Positions 1 to 9,737 of a DNA stretch of 64,000 bases are shown here, piece by piece; position 1 is the stretch's first letter; each line of letters starts with the position of its first letter. Below the pieces are notes generated by a model. The model worked only from the letters and a program-made list of their open reading frames with translations. It had not been told where the DNA came from and ran no database searches. The position numbers were made by a program, and so were the translations under genes. The stretch covers positions 12,564 through 76,563 of the forward strand of contig DIGF01000033.1 in the NCBI GenBank assembly GCA_002419505.1, given 5' to 3'. The stretch comes from Bacillales bacterium UBA5729 (GTDB lineage Bacteria > Bacillota_I > Bacilli_A > Izemoplasmatales > Hujiaoplasmataceae).

Positions 1-1
1 T

Positions 2-3000
2 TTTGGGTCAGTTGAAAACATTTATGTAATTGATACTAGAACTAATGTTAGAGAAGCTGGATTAAGATATTTAGTTGGAACAGCTTCAGATGATTTCCAA
101 GCAGCCGGTATTATTCATACTAACTCAGCTAATTTTGTCAACTCATATTATGTTTCCAAAGTAGTTGTCAGTGCAAGTTTTATCAGTAAATTTGAAGTTC
201 AACCCGTATTATTCCAAAATCAAGGTGAAGTAATCATTAACCTTGGTGAAGTAAATCAAACTTCAGTTTTAGTAGAAGGTTATCACGAAAAACTATATTA
301 TGATTCTGATGTTTATTTGCTTGAAGTAGACACGAACAATGATGGTGTCGATGATTACACCGTTCATTCAATCGCAAAACCAATCAACGATTACGCTAAT
401 GGCGTTAGTACTGAAAATCTTAAAAATGGTTCATTCAGTTATGAAAGCGGAACATTCTATTTTTATCCAGATGATGGTTATCCTATATTAAAAGGACTTG
501 CCTATAATAATGGAGTCTATGAAATCAGCAATGCTGTTGAACTGGCTTTTTTTAGTAGACTACTAGATAAAAATACAATTCTTTATGGAACACCTTTCAA
601 TTATTCGGACTTTGTGCTCACCAATGATATCGATATGAGTGTACTAGCTCCTGGAGTTTATAAAGTTCCAAGTAAAACTTTTTATGGGACTTTTTCCGGT
701 GCTAATGGTGACGAAGATGTTTTAACAGATAATTTTTATATTTATGGTTTAGTAATCAATAACAATTATTCTGTCAGTAACGAACACTTTTCTGGATTGT
801 TTTCGCGTTTGGGTTCAGGTGCTATCGTAAGTGACTTGAACTTCACTCAATCGACTATCCAGTTTGTTAATACCAATAAAATTTATTCTAACACCTTCTA
901 TATGGGCGCAATAGCCGGAAGAATGGTTGGAGCTACAGTTCAAAATATTTTGTTAGATGTTGATTTTGACCTAGGCGAAGAAGCTATAAGCAGAACCTAC
1001 CTAGGCAGTGTAGCAGGAATGGCTTCAGGAATAATCCGAAGAGTATCCAATCTAGGAGATATTAGTTTTGGAACTCATAGTTTCACATCTGCACAAGCAG
1101 TCAATCCTAAATATTATATCGGTGGAATTGTTGGAGCAACCCAACTAGTTTCTCCATTAAAATTATATGAAGTCAATAACAGCGGTGATATTTACGGTTT
1201 TGCGACCACATCTGATATCATTCCTGCCAGTGGTGTAAGTGATATCAATGTCTATATCGGTGGTATCATCGGGAGTATTTTTAATACTGAAGTGGCTATT
1301 CATGATTTAGTTGAAGTAGCTAACAAAGGAAATATCTATCCGGGTGCTGTGAAAGAAAGAACCGAATTACAAGCTTACCAATACATTGGTGGCGTTTTTG
1401 GCATTTTAGAAGGCTTTGCCCCTATCTTAGAAGATGTTACTGGATTTAGGTTTGCTAATTTATACAATGAAGGCGATGTGTTTGCCGCATATGCCGATAG
1501 TACCGCTGATATTAAGAGTGCTGGTATTGGTATTTCAAATACAACTGAAAACACAGAATATGCTTTGTTGTTTAATCACGGTACATTTGACTATGATATT
1601 CAAGATATGAATCTAACTTCTCCGCCTTATTCAACCAACCTTATTATAAGTGAGTACGGTAGAGGTTCAAGCTCAAATAGATATATTGAAATATATAACG
1701 GAACTGGACAATCGGTAAGTTTAACAGGTTATACTTTGGCTAGATACTTAAATGGAGAGACAACTACTTCAAGAATTATTACTCTAAGTGGTACCATCGC
1801 TGATGGGGCGACATATGTAGTTGCAGATTCTTCAGCAGCAGCAGCACTTAGAAATTTAGCTAATACCACTAGCACATCAAGTATGATGGATTACGACGGA
1901 AACGATGCTGTTGTACTAAGATATGACGGAGTCCCAATTGATACGTTTGGAATTATCGGAGACAATCCTGGAAGCGGATGGACGGTAGATGGGGTTACTA
2001 ATGCAACGGTAAATCGTACGATAGTAAGAAAGAAAGATTCAGTTAATCCTACAACTAATTGGAACCCAGCTGATTGGACCGTATATCCTACTGACACTTG
2101 GACTTATGTTAATAATCATGTAGCCAATCACAGTTTTAAACACACAGCTACTATAATGGATGTAAGCAATAATTCAAATTTTGATAAGTTGACTTTAACT
2201 AGAGTATACAATTACGCTAATTTTGAATATGACTCAAAAATCTTTTCCGAATTATCACCTTTTGTTTATTCTCTTTATGAAAATGAAATATTAATAAGGT
2301 TTAGTGAAAACTATGGCGATATTAATTATATGGCAGATAACGGAAACACAAAAATTTATGCACGAAGCACAATTAATATATCGGCAATCACTAATAATAT
2401 TAACGTAGACTATTTGAATTTCCATAATTATGGCGATATAAATGTCGTGAATTTAGACTTAAGTTCTCATCAGTTATTTATTTCAGGATTTTCTAAAGTT
2501 TTATCTACAGATAGATTTATAAGAAACTCACTTAATGATGGCAACATAACTTTCGCTGAAATTTCGGGTTCAGGAAATATTTATGTTGCTGGTTTTGTCA
2601 ATATAAATTATGCTGGAGATCTTCATGAATCATTCCAATCTTCAACTCAACCGATTGCTAATGAAGGCATTATTAATTCAATCAATTCCGGAAATATATC
2701 AACTGCTTACGGAGAAGAAACTTCAGGACTATATGGTATATTGGGAACTAACAATACTTTTATTGGTGGTGTAACAACCTTAAATGCTGGCTCTATACAA
2801 GACACATCTAATTTAGGGGACATCAGCGCTTATAACTCTAATACAAATGCATATTTTTATGCAAATACCAGTTCAACATATGCGGGTTTAGTTTATGGTT
2901 ACGATTCAGGGATTGTAGCGGGGGGAATTGCAGCGATTGCCATAAAAGGAACTTCAAGAATTTATGATACAGCAAATAATGGCAATGTAATAGCAATAGC

Positions 3001-6000
3001 AGAAAAATATGTTAGAAGTGGTGGAGTATTAGGTGTTTCATTGTGGAGAGAAGCCGATGCTGGAGGTATAACTTCGCTAATCGGTTTAGAAGATAATATT
3101 CAAAACTCAATACTCTCTAACGGACTGAACTTTGGTAGCGTTTCAGCTATATCAAGTGTAATAGCAGAATATACCCCTACGCCTTTAAACACAAGCTTTG
3201 TTCTAAGATATGGTAGCGGAACCAGTTATTCAACTACCAGAGCAGCGACATATTATATTTCTACTGTTAATGGCAATAGTGAAAGACCACCGATATATTC
3301 AAGTGCTGGTGGGGTTATCGGTTATGGCCTAAGTGTTATGCAAAGAATGCTTAATCACGGAACCATATCTGCAACTGATGTTGCTGGTGGTGTTGTTGGA
3401 GCTACCTATGTATTAGGAAGTTCAACAACATATGTAAATATTACTACGGCGATTAATTATGGTTTAATTAAATCAATTGATTTCGATGATTTTGATTCGA
3501 TTGATAAATTTTCTCCAGATATTGAGGAAATTTCAACTTATTATATGGCTGATGGAAATACTTTCATTTATCCAACTCATGCTAACTCATTGTCTCCTGG
3601 AGCAAAAAGAGGATTCGGCGGAATCTTTGGACGTCTTCAAAGAGGTACTGATGGTATTATGACCAGCGAAGGATCAAATGCTGCATTTAACTTTATTGTT
3701 AACGCTAATGATCAAATTGATCTAATTGGCAGATTAGACCAAGTTGACAATTTCTCAAGTTCACTTAGATATTTTAGATTTAACAACGCTATATATTACT
3801 CCGCCAAAGAAGATGATAATACTCAAGCTGTTTTTACGGGAATTTATTTTCTTATTGATATTATAACTAGCCGACAAAGTATTTCTGGCGGATATTCATA
3901 CACGTATTCACAAGTAGTATTCAAACAAGTTGGAATAGTTATGTCTGAATATGAGACTTTATCTACAGGTAATACGTTTAATTCATCAACTTACTTTGCT
4001 GTGGGGGCATACTATAATGTTAATTATTATGACCAAATCGAAGTTCCATGGATTACTGAAGACCCCAACGACTCTAATTTAACTGAAGATTGGACAGATC
4101 CATTGCTAGAAGATGCAGAACGCGAATATATTTACGGACCATATTTCCCAATGAGAACTAACATTAATCTTACAGAGTACATTTACTTTGCTGAATATAA
4201 TTTATTAGCAGACAGGTTTAGAAACGTTGTTGATGGAGGAACTGGTGAAAACGTTCGTGAAAACGGTATGTATGTTTTGTCAACTACAGCTGGTCAACAA
4301 TTTGGTGCGGTTTTGCCAAGAAATATTAACCTTTCTGCAATGAAAACAATTAATGAAGATTTAGATTTGTCTATTATTAATCTAGATTATAATAACCTTG
4401 CGCCTGAACAAACCTTAAATTTAAACCAAAGTATAATTGACAAGTATGAAGATTTATATCAAACTCGTTATAACGATAAAGCAGAATTAACCAATTCGCC
4501 TTTCCAAAATTTAACTTTAAAAGAAAATGATGGCAGTGATACCATTCTTTCGTTGGGAAATATTGATTACATTAATCGAGAAATTACTTTTACAATTAGT
4601 ATGGAAGCATTTAATTTTAGTAATTATACTAATTTTGATCCTGTTACAGGCAGACCAATTGCAAGTTTCAGAGTTTTTAACGCTATAACTTCAGCCAGTT
4701 CGTTGATTGCTATAAGACCAGATGATTATTTCTCTGGTTCGCCTACTCAAACTGATTTAGAAGATTTAAGCGGATATTTGTTTGCCGAAAGATATGACCA
4801 AATATCAACAGATTATCCAGCAGAGTTGGATATCATTTTACCAGTTTACAATATATCAAGTAATACAACTTTATCTTTGGGATACTTCAGCGTTTTCTCT
4901 GAAGCTTTTATCAATGATCCAATCTTTGCAGACGCTTTCTATTACAACGACTATCAAGTATATATCACTTTCACACCTAACGCTTCGCAAACATCAGGTA
5001 CAATTGGTATTCAATCAGTATCTTTTAATGGTGGTGGGAATGTTACTTTAGGATCTTATACAAATCCTCAACCATTGGCTATTGATATTAGAAGTAATGG
5101 TGATGTCAATTACAATGGTAGTTTAAGGCTTAACTTCAATGACGGTAAAGGTATTTTGAATCAAGGATATGATTTTAAAGATTATTTTAAACTTTACTAT
5201 ATGGATGGAACAAACGAAGTAGAAGTTCATAATGATTATTACTCAGTAACTTCAGTTCCTGTCAATAGTTCAGGCATTTATCAAATAACCTTTAACTTTA
5301 ATAATGCAATGCTCAAATTTGGAGATTATAAAATTAAATACAGTTATTTTGCTGCTTCGACAGTTTATGAAGTGCTTTTTGATAAAGCGGCTTCTAATCA
5401 AGCGGTAATCAGCAATTTAAATTATTACTCAATGGATAATTCATTATCAATTAGCGGAACTACTATCACCTCTTTGATAAATCTTGGTAAAATTCCTAAT
5501 ATTGATGCTAGTGCAAATAATTATACAGCTAAAACATTAGGTACATCTGATCCTAATTATGCAGTTTATTTATCAATCACAACCTACGATATCAGTTTTA
5601 TGTATAGCGATAGCTTTGTAATATCTAGTTTTGCAAATATTACTAGCGCTCGTTTGGTTAATACGACCAATAGCGGCGGATATATTACTTACGTAATTGA
5701 GTATATCGTTGTTGCAGAAAACGGCTCTACTACAAACACTTATACCCATTCAATTACCGAAAGAACCACTGATGTTATAGCTGTCAACAAAGATGGAAAC
5801 GACGTTCCTATTAATGAGATAAATACTACTAGAGAAGCAACAAACACTCAATTTGGTATTGATTTAGGTTTCGATCAAAGTTCCAATATGTCCGGTCCGG
5901 TACTATATAGCATTAATCCTTTAGATCCGGCATACTTAAGCATAAGCGTTACTGGAGTTGACCCAGATAACAATCCGTATTTACCTGAAGAAATAGTAGG

Positions 6001-7159
6001 TTTAACTTACATAGGATCTAATTTATTATATATAAACATGAGCAATTTAACTCTTCCAGGAACCTATACCTTCACAATAACATATCACCGTTCGATTGGA
6101 AATCTCAGTTTCACAAGCTTTGAAATCGAGAAGTTTGAAGGCGTAAACGCTTATTTAGAAGACATTAAGTTTACCGCAATTGCTACCGAGTCAAAATATC
6201 CTGAAATTGATATTACCAATTCTGTTGGCGGATCAGTTGTGCAAATTTATAATCCATCAATATATTTCTATGGAATTGACTATGATGGAGCTGATGAAAA
6301 TGAATGGCAATATTTTAAAATCAAAGGGCAAGTAAGTAACATTCCATTAGAAGCATATTATCCATATATGTTAGACTATTTACCTTTAGGAGCTACTATT
6401 GCAAAATATGATCCTCTTAACGAAGATTTCGCTGCTAACGGATACTGGAGTCCTGAAGTTGATATTAACTCAACAGAACAAGAAAAATCAATTCTAGCCG
6501 CAGATTACACACAAGCAGGATCAAATGATGAAAATATAGCGATTCAATATCGAATCAATTCAGAAGACGGTCAGTCACAAGTTTATTACTTTATTACCGT
6601 AAACGATATTTTATACAATTTAACTCTAATCTTTGATATTTACTATTGTGATGATGAAGATGTATGTGTCTTGGCAAATACAACTAGTGAGTTTAATGAA
6701 ATTATTCAAATAAAAGCTTATAACCTTGATATCTTTAATAAAGATGTCACATATACAACACCATTACCAGATGAAAATAATCCATTATATTACCCAGTAT
6801 TTACTTCAGTAAGCGGTTTATATAATACAATGTCACAATTTATCTATACAGCTGACAACGATTACTCTTATCGCTTTGGACGAAACAGATCTGGATTCTA
6901 TATCTATGAAGTCGTTCTACCGGTAGATCAATATTTAAATGAAATGTATACATATGAAATTGAATTTGGTGAATATACTTTAAATGATATTAATGACTTA
7001 GACCCTTTTACTTCGAGTGTTGAACTAAATGGTAAATACTTCTATATTTCTTACTCTGAAGCAAATAGAACTAGAAGATTTAATATTTATATTCGAAAAG
7101 CTGAAGTTGATGGTTCAAAACCATTTGGATTATTTGACTTTTTAAGAACATGGAGTTGA
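2..7159 (+). CDS. giant surface/adhesin-like protein, 5'-truncated at window edge (GLUG-type Gly-rich repeats plus lamin-tail-domain-like module)
   Basis: The frame of the 317..7159 ORF stays open back to nt 2, so the gene starts left of the window (>2,380 codons). Recurrent motifs YMGAIAG, YLGSVAG, YIGGIVG, YIGGIIG, YIGGVFG, AGGVIG and AGGVVG resemble GLUG-type adhesin repeats. Nt 1637-2086 encode an LTD-like block (NLIISEY..RYIEIYN..YVVAD..NDAVVLRY..NPADW). TGA stop at 7157-7159. Confidence 0.85.
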   Translation, partial: FGSVENIYVIDTRTNVREAGLRYLVGTASDDFQAAGIIHTNSANFVNSYYVSKVVVSASFISKFEVQPVLFQNQGEVIINLGEVNQTSVLVEGYHEKLYYDSDVYLLEVDTNNDGVDDYTVHSIAKPINDYANGVSTENLKNGSFSYESGTFYFYPDDGYPILKGLAYNNGVYEISNAVELAFFSRLLDKNTILYGTPFNYSDFVLTNDIDMSVLAPGVYKVPSKTFYGTFSGANGDEDVLTDNFYIYGLVINNNYSVSNEHFSGLFSRLGSGAIVSDLNFTQSTIQFVNTNKIYSNTFYMGAIAGRMVGATVQNILLDVDFDLGEEAISRTYLGSVAGMASGIIRRVSNLGDISFGTHSFTSAQAVNPKYYIGGIVGATQLVSPLKLYEVNNSGDIYGFATTSDIIPASGVSDINVYIGGIIGSIFNTEVAIHDLVEVANKGNIYPGAVKERTELQAYQYIGGVFGILEGFAPILEDVTGFRFANLYNEGDVFAAYADSTADIKSAGIGISNTTENTEYALLFNHGTFDYDIQDMNLTSPPYSTNLIISEYGRGSSSNRYIEIYNGTGQSVSLTGYTLARYLNGETTTSRIITLSGTIADGATYVVADSSAAAALRNLANTTSTSSMMDYDGNDAVVLRYDGVPIDTFGIIGDNPGSGWTVDGVTNATVNRTIVRKKDSVNPTTNWNPADWTVYPTDTWTYVNNHVANHSFKHTATIMDVSNNSNFDKLTLTRVYNYANFEYDSKIFSELSPFVYSLYENEILIRFSENYGDINYMADNGNTKIYARSTINISAITNNINVDYLNFHNYGDINVVNLDLSSHQLFISGFSKVLSTDRFIRNSLNDGNITFAEISGSGNIYVAGFVNINYAGDLHESFQSSTQPIANEGIINSINSGNISTAYGEETSGLYGILGTNNTFIGGVTTLNAGSIQDTSNLGDISAYNSNTNAYFYANTSSTYAGLVYGYDSGIVAGGIAAIAIKGTSRIYDTANNGNVIAIAEKYVRSGGVLGVSLWREADAGGITSLIGLEDNIQNSILSNGLNFGSVSAISSVIAEYTPTPLNTSFVLRYGSGTSYSTTRAATYYISTVNGNSERPPIYSSAGGVIGYGLSVMQRMLNHGTISATDVAGGVVGATYVLGSSTTYVNITTAINYGLIKSIDFDDFDSIDKFSPDIEEISTYYMADGNTFIYPTHANSLSPGAKRGFGGIFGRLQRGTDGIMTSEGSNAAFNFIVNANDQIDLIGRLDQVDNFSSSLRYFRFNNAIYYSAKEDDNTQAVFTGIYFLIDIITSRQSISGGYSYTYSQVVFKQVGIVMSEYETLSTGNTFNSSTYFAVGAYYNVNYYDQIEVPWITEDPNDSNLTEDWTDPLLEDAEREYIYGPYFPMRTNINLTEYIYFAEYNLLADRFRNVVDGGTGENVRENGMYVLSTTAGQQFGAVLPRNINLSAMKTINEDLDLSIINLDYNNLAPEQTLNLNQSIIDKYEDLYQTRYNDKAELTNSPFQNLTLKENDGSDTILSLGNIDYINREITFTISMEAFNFSNYTNFDPVTGRPIASFRVFNAITSASSLIAIRPDDYFSGSPTQTDLEDLSGYLFAERYDQISTDYPAELDIILPVYNISSNTTLSLGYFSVFSEAFINDPIFADAFYYNDYQVYITFTPNASQTSGTIGIQSVSFNGGGNVTLGSYTNPQPLAIDIRSNGDVNYNGSLRLNFNDGKGILNQGYDFKDYFKLYYMDGTNEVEVHNDYYSVTSVPVNSSGIYQITFNFNNAMLKFGDYKIKYSYFAASTVYEVLFDKAASNQAVISNLNYYSMDNSLSISGTTITSLINLGKIPNIDASANNYTAKTLGTSDPNYAVYLSITTYDISFMYSDSFVISSFANITSARLVNTTNSGGYITYVIEYIVVAENGSTTNTYTHSITERTTDVIAVNKDGNDVPINEINTTREATNTQFGIDLGFDQSSNMSGPVLYSINPLDPAYLSISVTGVDPDNNPYLPEEIVGLTYIGSNLLYINMSNLTLPGTYTFTITYHRSIGNLSFTSFEIEKFEGVNAYLEDIKFTAIATESKYPEIDITNSVGGSVVQIYNPSIYFYGIDYDGADENEWQYFKIKGQVSNIPLEAYYPYMLDYLPLGATIAKYDPLNEDFAANGYWSPEVDINSTEQEKSILAADYTQAGSNDENIAIQYRINSEDGQSQVYYFITVNDILYNLTLIFDIYYCDDEDVCVLANTTSEFNEIIQIKAYNLDIFNKDVTYTTPLPDENNPLYYPVFTSVSGLYNTMSQFIYTADNDYSYRFGRNRSGFYIYEVVLPVDQYLNEMYTYEIEFGEYTLNDINDLDPFTSSVELNGKYFYISYSEANRTRRFNIYIRKAEVDGSKPFGLFDFLRTWS

Positions 7160-7163
7160 TAAA

Positions 7164-9728
7164 ATGAGAAAAACACAAAGAAAAACACAAAGAAAAACAC
7201 AAAGAAAAACAAGTTTAGCAAGAAGAATAGTCAGTTTAACGGTTTTTGTTGATATGATATTCTTGTTAATAATTGCCACAACCTTCCTTTTCTATATCTT
7301 TATAAGTATCAATCAAAACAAAGCAACGGTTGTTTCTAATCAAACACAAGCAATTGTCAACTCGACCGAACAATTTTTGAATGGAATAAAAAAGGACGCT
7401 GATTTACTAGCAACCAATGAAACTGTAATTGAATATTTAAAGTATGTCAATGCAGGTAATGATCCGATTATTTTAGAAACAGATCCTAATTATCACATTT
7501 ATTATGATTTTATCTTATTAACAAACGCAATTGTTAATCATCAAAACGAGGAAGCCTATGATTTGATTTTCTTAGCCACTGAGTTTAACTGTGAAACTGC
7601 CACAGATGGCTGTGCCATAACTAATACAGGCGCGTTGTTATATGAAACTTGGTTTATTTCCGAACGACCTTGGTATGTTAATTTAGGCACAAGAGAAGCT
7701 GCTTTAACCGAACCTTATATTGATGCTTTAAGTGGAGAATATACTTTCACCTATGTAGAAAGAATTTATGACAATGAAGAGTTTATCGGTTATATTGGAA
7801 TTGATATGTCATTGTTAAGTTTGGCTGATGTCTTTGATTTAATCGATCGTGAAATCAATGGACAGATAGCTGAAATAATGATTTTCATAAATTTTGAAAC
7901 CAATCCTACTCTGGCTTTCTATAGCAAAGAAATCTATGCTGATTATTTTATGGTACCACATACTGATTTTCAAAACATTGACGATAACTTAAACTATAGC
8001 GAAAACGGTATGTATAATTTAATTAGTAGTTATGAAGAAAATCAAGTAGTAACAAACAACTTTTTTGGTACTGAGTATCTTGTCACTTATAATAATCTCG
8101 ATGACTTTGGTTGGCATTTTGTAGTTTTAGTTGATAACACAATGATGTTTTCAATGGAAATTATCTTCATTATGCTGTTAGCCGTCATTACAATACTAAT
8201 ATATTTGACAAGCCTTTTGCTAAACAAAAGAATCAAGCGTTTACTAGCTCCGATTCATACAATTATCGATTCGCTTGAAGAAATCAAAAATGGTAACTAT
8301 AGTATTAGAGTTAATTTAGTCGAAAACAATGAAATCAAAGAAATCGGTGATGCGATAAATTTAATGTCAAGAGAGATTGAAAAGCAAGTTGATTTGGTAT
8401 ATGAAACCTTTGCTTATGACAGTTTAACAGGTTTAAAGAATATTAGTGCCGCCTCATTAGATATTAATAAATATGTCTTATCTGGTAATAGAAAAACAGC
8501 AATTTGTATTTTTCAGGTTGAAAATATTAAAAATATCAATATAATTAAAGGACAGATAGTTGGGGACAATCTCTTAAAAACAATTGCTTTAGAGCTTAAA
8601 ACCATCTTGGAAAACAGTGAATATATCTACGCTAATGGTCATGATGAATTTATTTATATTATGACTGGCGTTAATTCGCTAGAGCAAGTAGAAAATAATA
8701 TCAGTAAAATTCTAGCTCATTTTAAAGAACCATTGATTGTAAAGAATATAAAACTAGAAGTGAAATTCTATATCGGTATTGCAGTATATCCTAATGATGG
8801 TAGCATCCTTGACGACTTGGTAAAAAAGAGCGACACCGCATTATATAAAGCAAAACAAACCGGCAGTAAGCGCTATTTATTCTATAACGAGAACATCGCA
8901 AGAGAGATTTCGTATAAGGCACAAATCTCAGAACAACTCGGAAAAGTTATTGATAATAAAGAACTCTACTTAAAATATCAACCACTTGTCGATAACAAAA
9001 ACGAGCTCTATGGTTTCGAAGCTTTAGTTAGGTGGAATTCCCCGATACTTGGCGAAATATCACCAAATAATTTTATCACTAATGCCGAAGAAAACTATAT
9101 GATTGTACCAATTGGTAACTACGTTTTAAAAGAAGCTTGCTTTATGCAAGTAAGAATGAAAGAACTTTTCAAGAAAGAGTTCAACATCAGCGTCAATATT
9201 TCATCTATTCAATTAATGCAATTTGATTTTGTTGAAACTGTAAAGTCTATTATCAAAGAGACTGATATCAGCGCCGAGTATTTAACCTTAGAATTAACCG
9301 AAAGTGTCTTCTTGGATTCAACAGCAATGATTGAAGAAAAGATATCAGATTTGAAAGAATTAGGAGTAAAGTTCTCGCTTGATGACTTTGGTACTGGATA
9401 TGCATCCTTAACTTATTTAAGACAAATAGCTTTCGATAACATTAAAATAGATAAAAGCTTCATTGACGGAATCTTTGGTACTGAAAATGATCACAAGATA
9501 GTTGGCACTATAGTAAACTTGGTTCATAACCTTGATATGAAGGTTATAGCTGAAGGCGTTGAATCTAAACGACAATATGAATATTTAAAACAAATAGCAA
9601 CTGACGTTTTCCAAGGTTATATGATTTCAGAACCGCTGACAGAAGAAGCTATTCAAGCATTCATTAAGTTGTTTTATAAGATTGCTAAGGCTAGACGTAT
9701 TGATGTCCTTGCAACCAAATATGAATAG
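7164..9728 (+). CDS. membrane sensor protein: TM - Cache-like extracytoplasmic domain - TM - HAMP - GGDEF (A-site NGHDEF) - EAL (intact motifs), predicted c-di-GMP phosphodiesterase
   Basis: GGAG lies 8 nt upstream of the ATG. Cache-like signature: ERPWYVNLGTREAALTEPYIDALSGEYTFTYV. A second TM is followed by a HAMP-like segment (RLLAPIHTIIDSLEEIKNGNYSIRV...IGDAINLMSREIEK). The GGDEF position reads NGHDEF (8634-8651). EAL motifs are EALVRW (9018-), NIS, ELTES, DDFGTGYAS, KIDKSF, EGVES and QGY. Confidence 0.85.
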   Translation: MRKTQRKTQRKTQRKTSLARRIVSLTVFVDMIFLLIIATTFLFYIFISINQNKATVVSNQTQAIVNSTEQFLNGIKKDADLLATNETVIEYLKYVNAGNDPIILETDPNYHIYYDFILLTNAIVNHQNEEAYDLIFLATEFNCETATDGCAITNTGALLYETWFISERPWYVNLGTREAALTEPYIDALSGEYTFTYVERIYDNEEFIGYIGIDMSLLSLADVFDLIDREINGQIAEIMIFINFETNPTLAFYSKEIYADYFMVPHTDFQNIDDNLNYSENGMYNLISSYEENQVVTNNFFGTEYLVTYNNLDDFGWHFVVLVDNTMMFSMEIIFIMLLAVITILIYLTSLLLNKRIKRLLAPIHTIIDSLEEIKNGNYSIRVNLVENNEIKEIGDAINLMSREIEKQVDLVYETFAYDSLTGLKNISAASLDINKYVLSGNRKTAICIFQVENIKNINIIKGQIVGDNLLKTIALELKTILENSEYIYANGHDEFIYIMTGVNSLEQVENNISKILAHFKEPLIVKNIKLEVKFYIGIAVYPNDGSILDDLVKKSDTALYKAKQTGSKRYLFYNENIAREISYKAQISEQLGKVIDNKELYLKYQPLVDNKNELYGFEALVRWNSPILGEISPNNFITNAEENYMIVPIGNYVLKEACFMQVRMKELFKKEFNISVNISSIQLMQFDFVETVKSIIKETDISAEYLTLELTESVFLDSTAMIEEKISDLKELGVKFSLDDFGTGYASLTYLRQIAFDNIKIDKSFIDGIFGTENDHKIVGTIVNLVHNLDMKVIAEGVESKRQYEYLKQIATDVFQGYMISEPLTEEAIQAFIKLFYKIAKARRIDVLATKYE
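7167..7211 (+). repeat. 12-nt tandem repeat (agaaaaacacaa x3 plus a 9-nt partial copy) encoding (RKTQ)n at codons 2-16 of the GGDEF-EAL gene
   Basis: Read directly: units at 7167-7178, 7179-7190 and 7191-7202 are identical, and 7203-7211 is a partial copy. The unit length is a multiple of 3, so copy-number change stays in frame. Confidence 0.9.
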
Positions 9729-9737
9729 AGGTGAATT

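Noticed and set aside
3477-5051. Same-strand out-of-frame ORFs (3477-3662 and 4782-5051) within the giant surface-protein gene. The same applies to 18270-18488, 35596-35787 and 45282-45473.
   Set aside because: They are embedded in alternative frames of well-supported genes. They are short, have no RBS, and their sequence is low-complexity.
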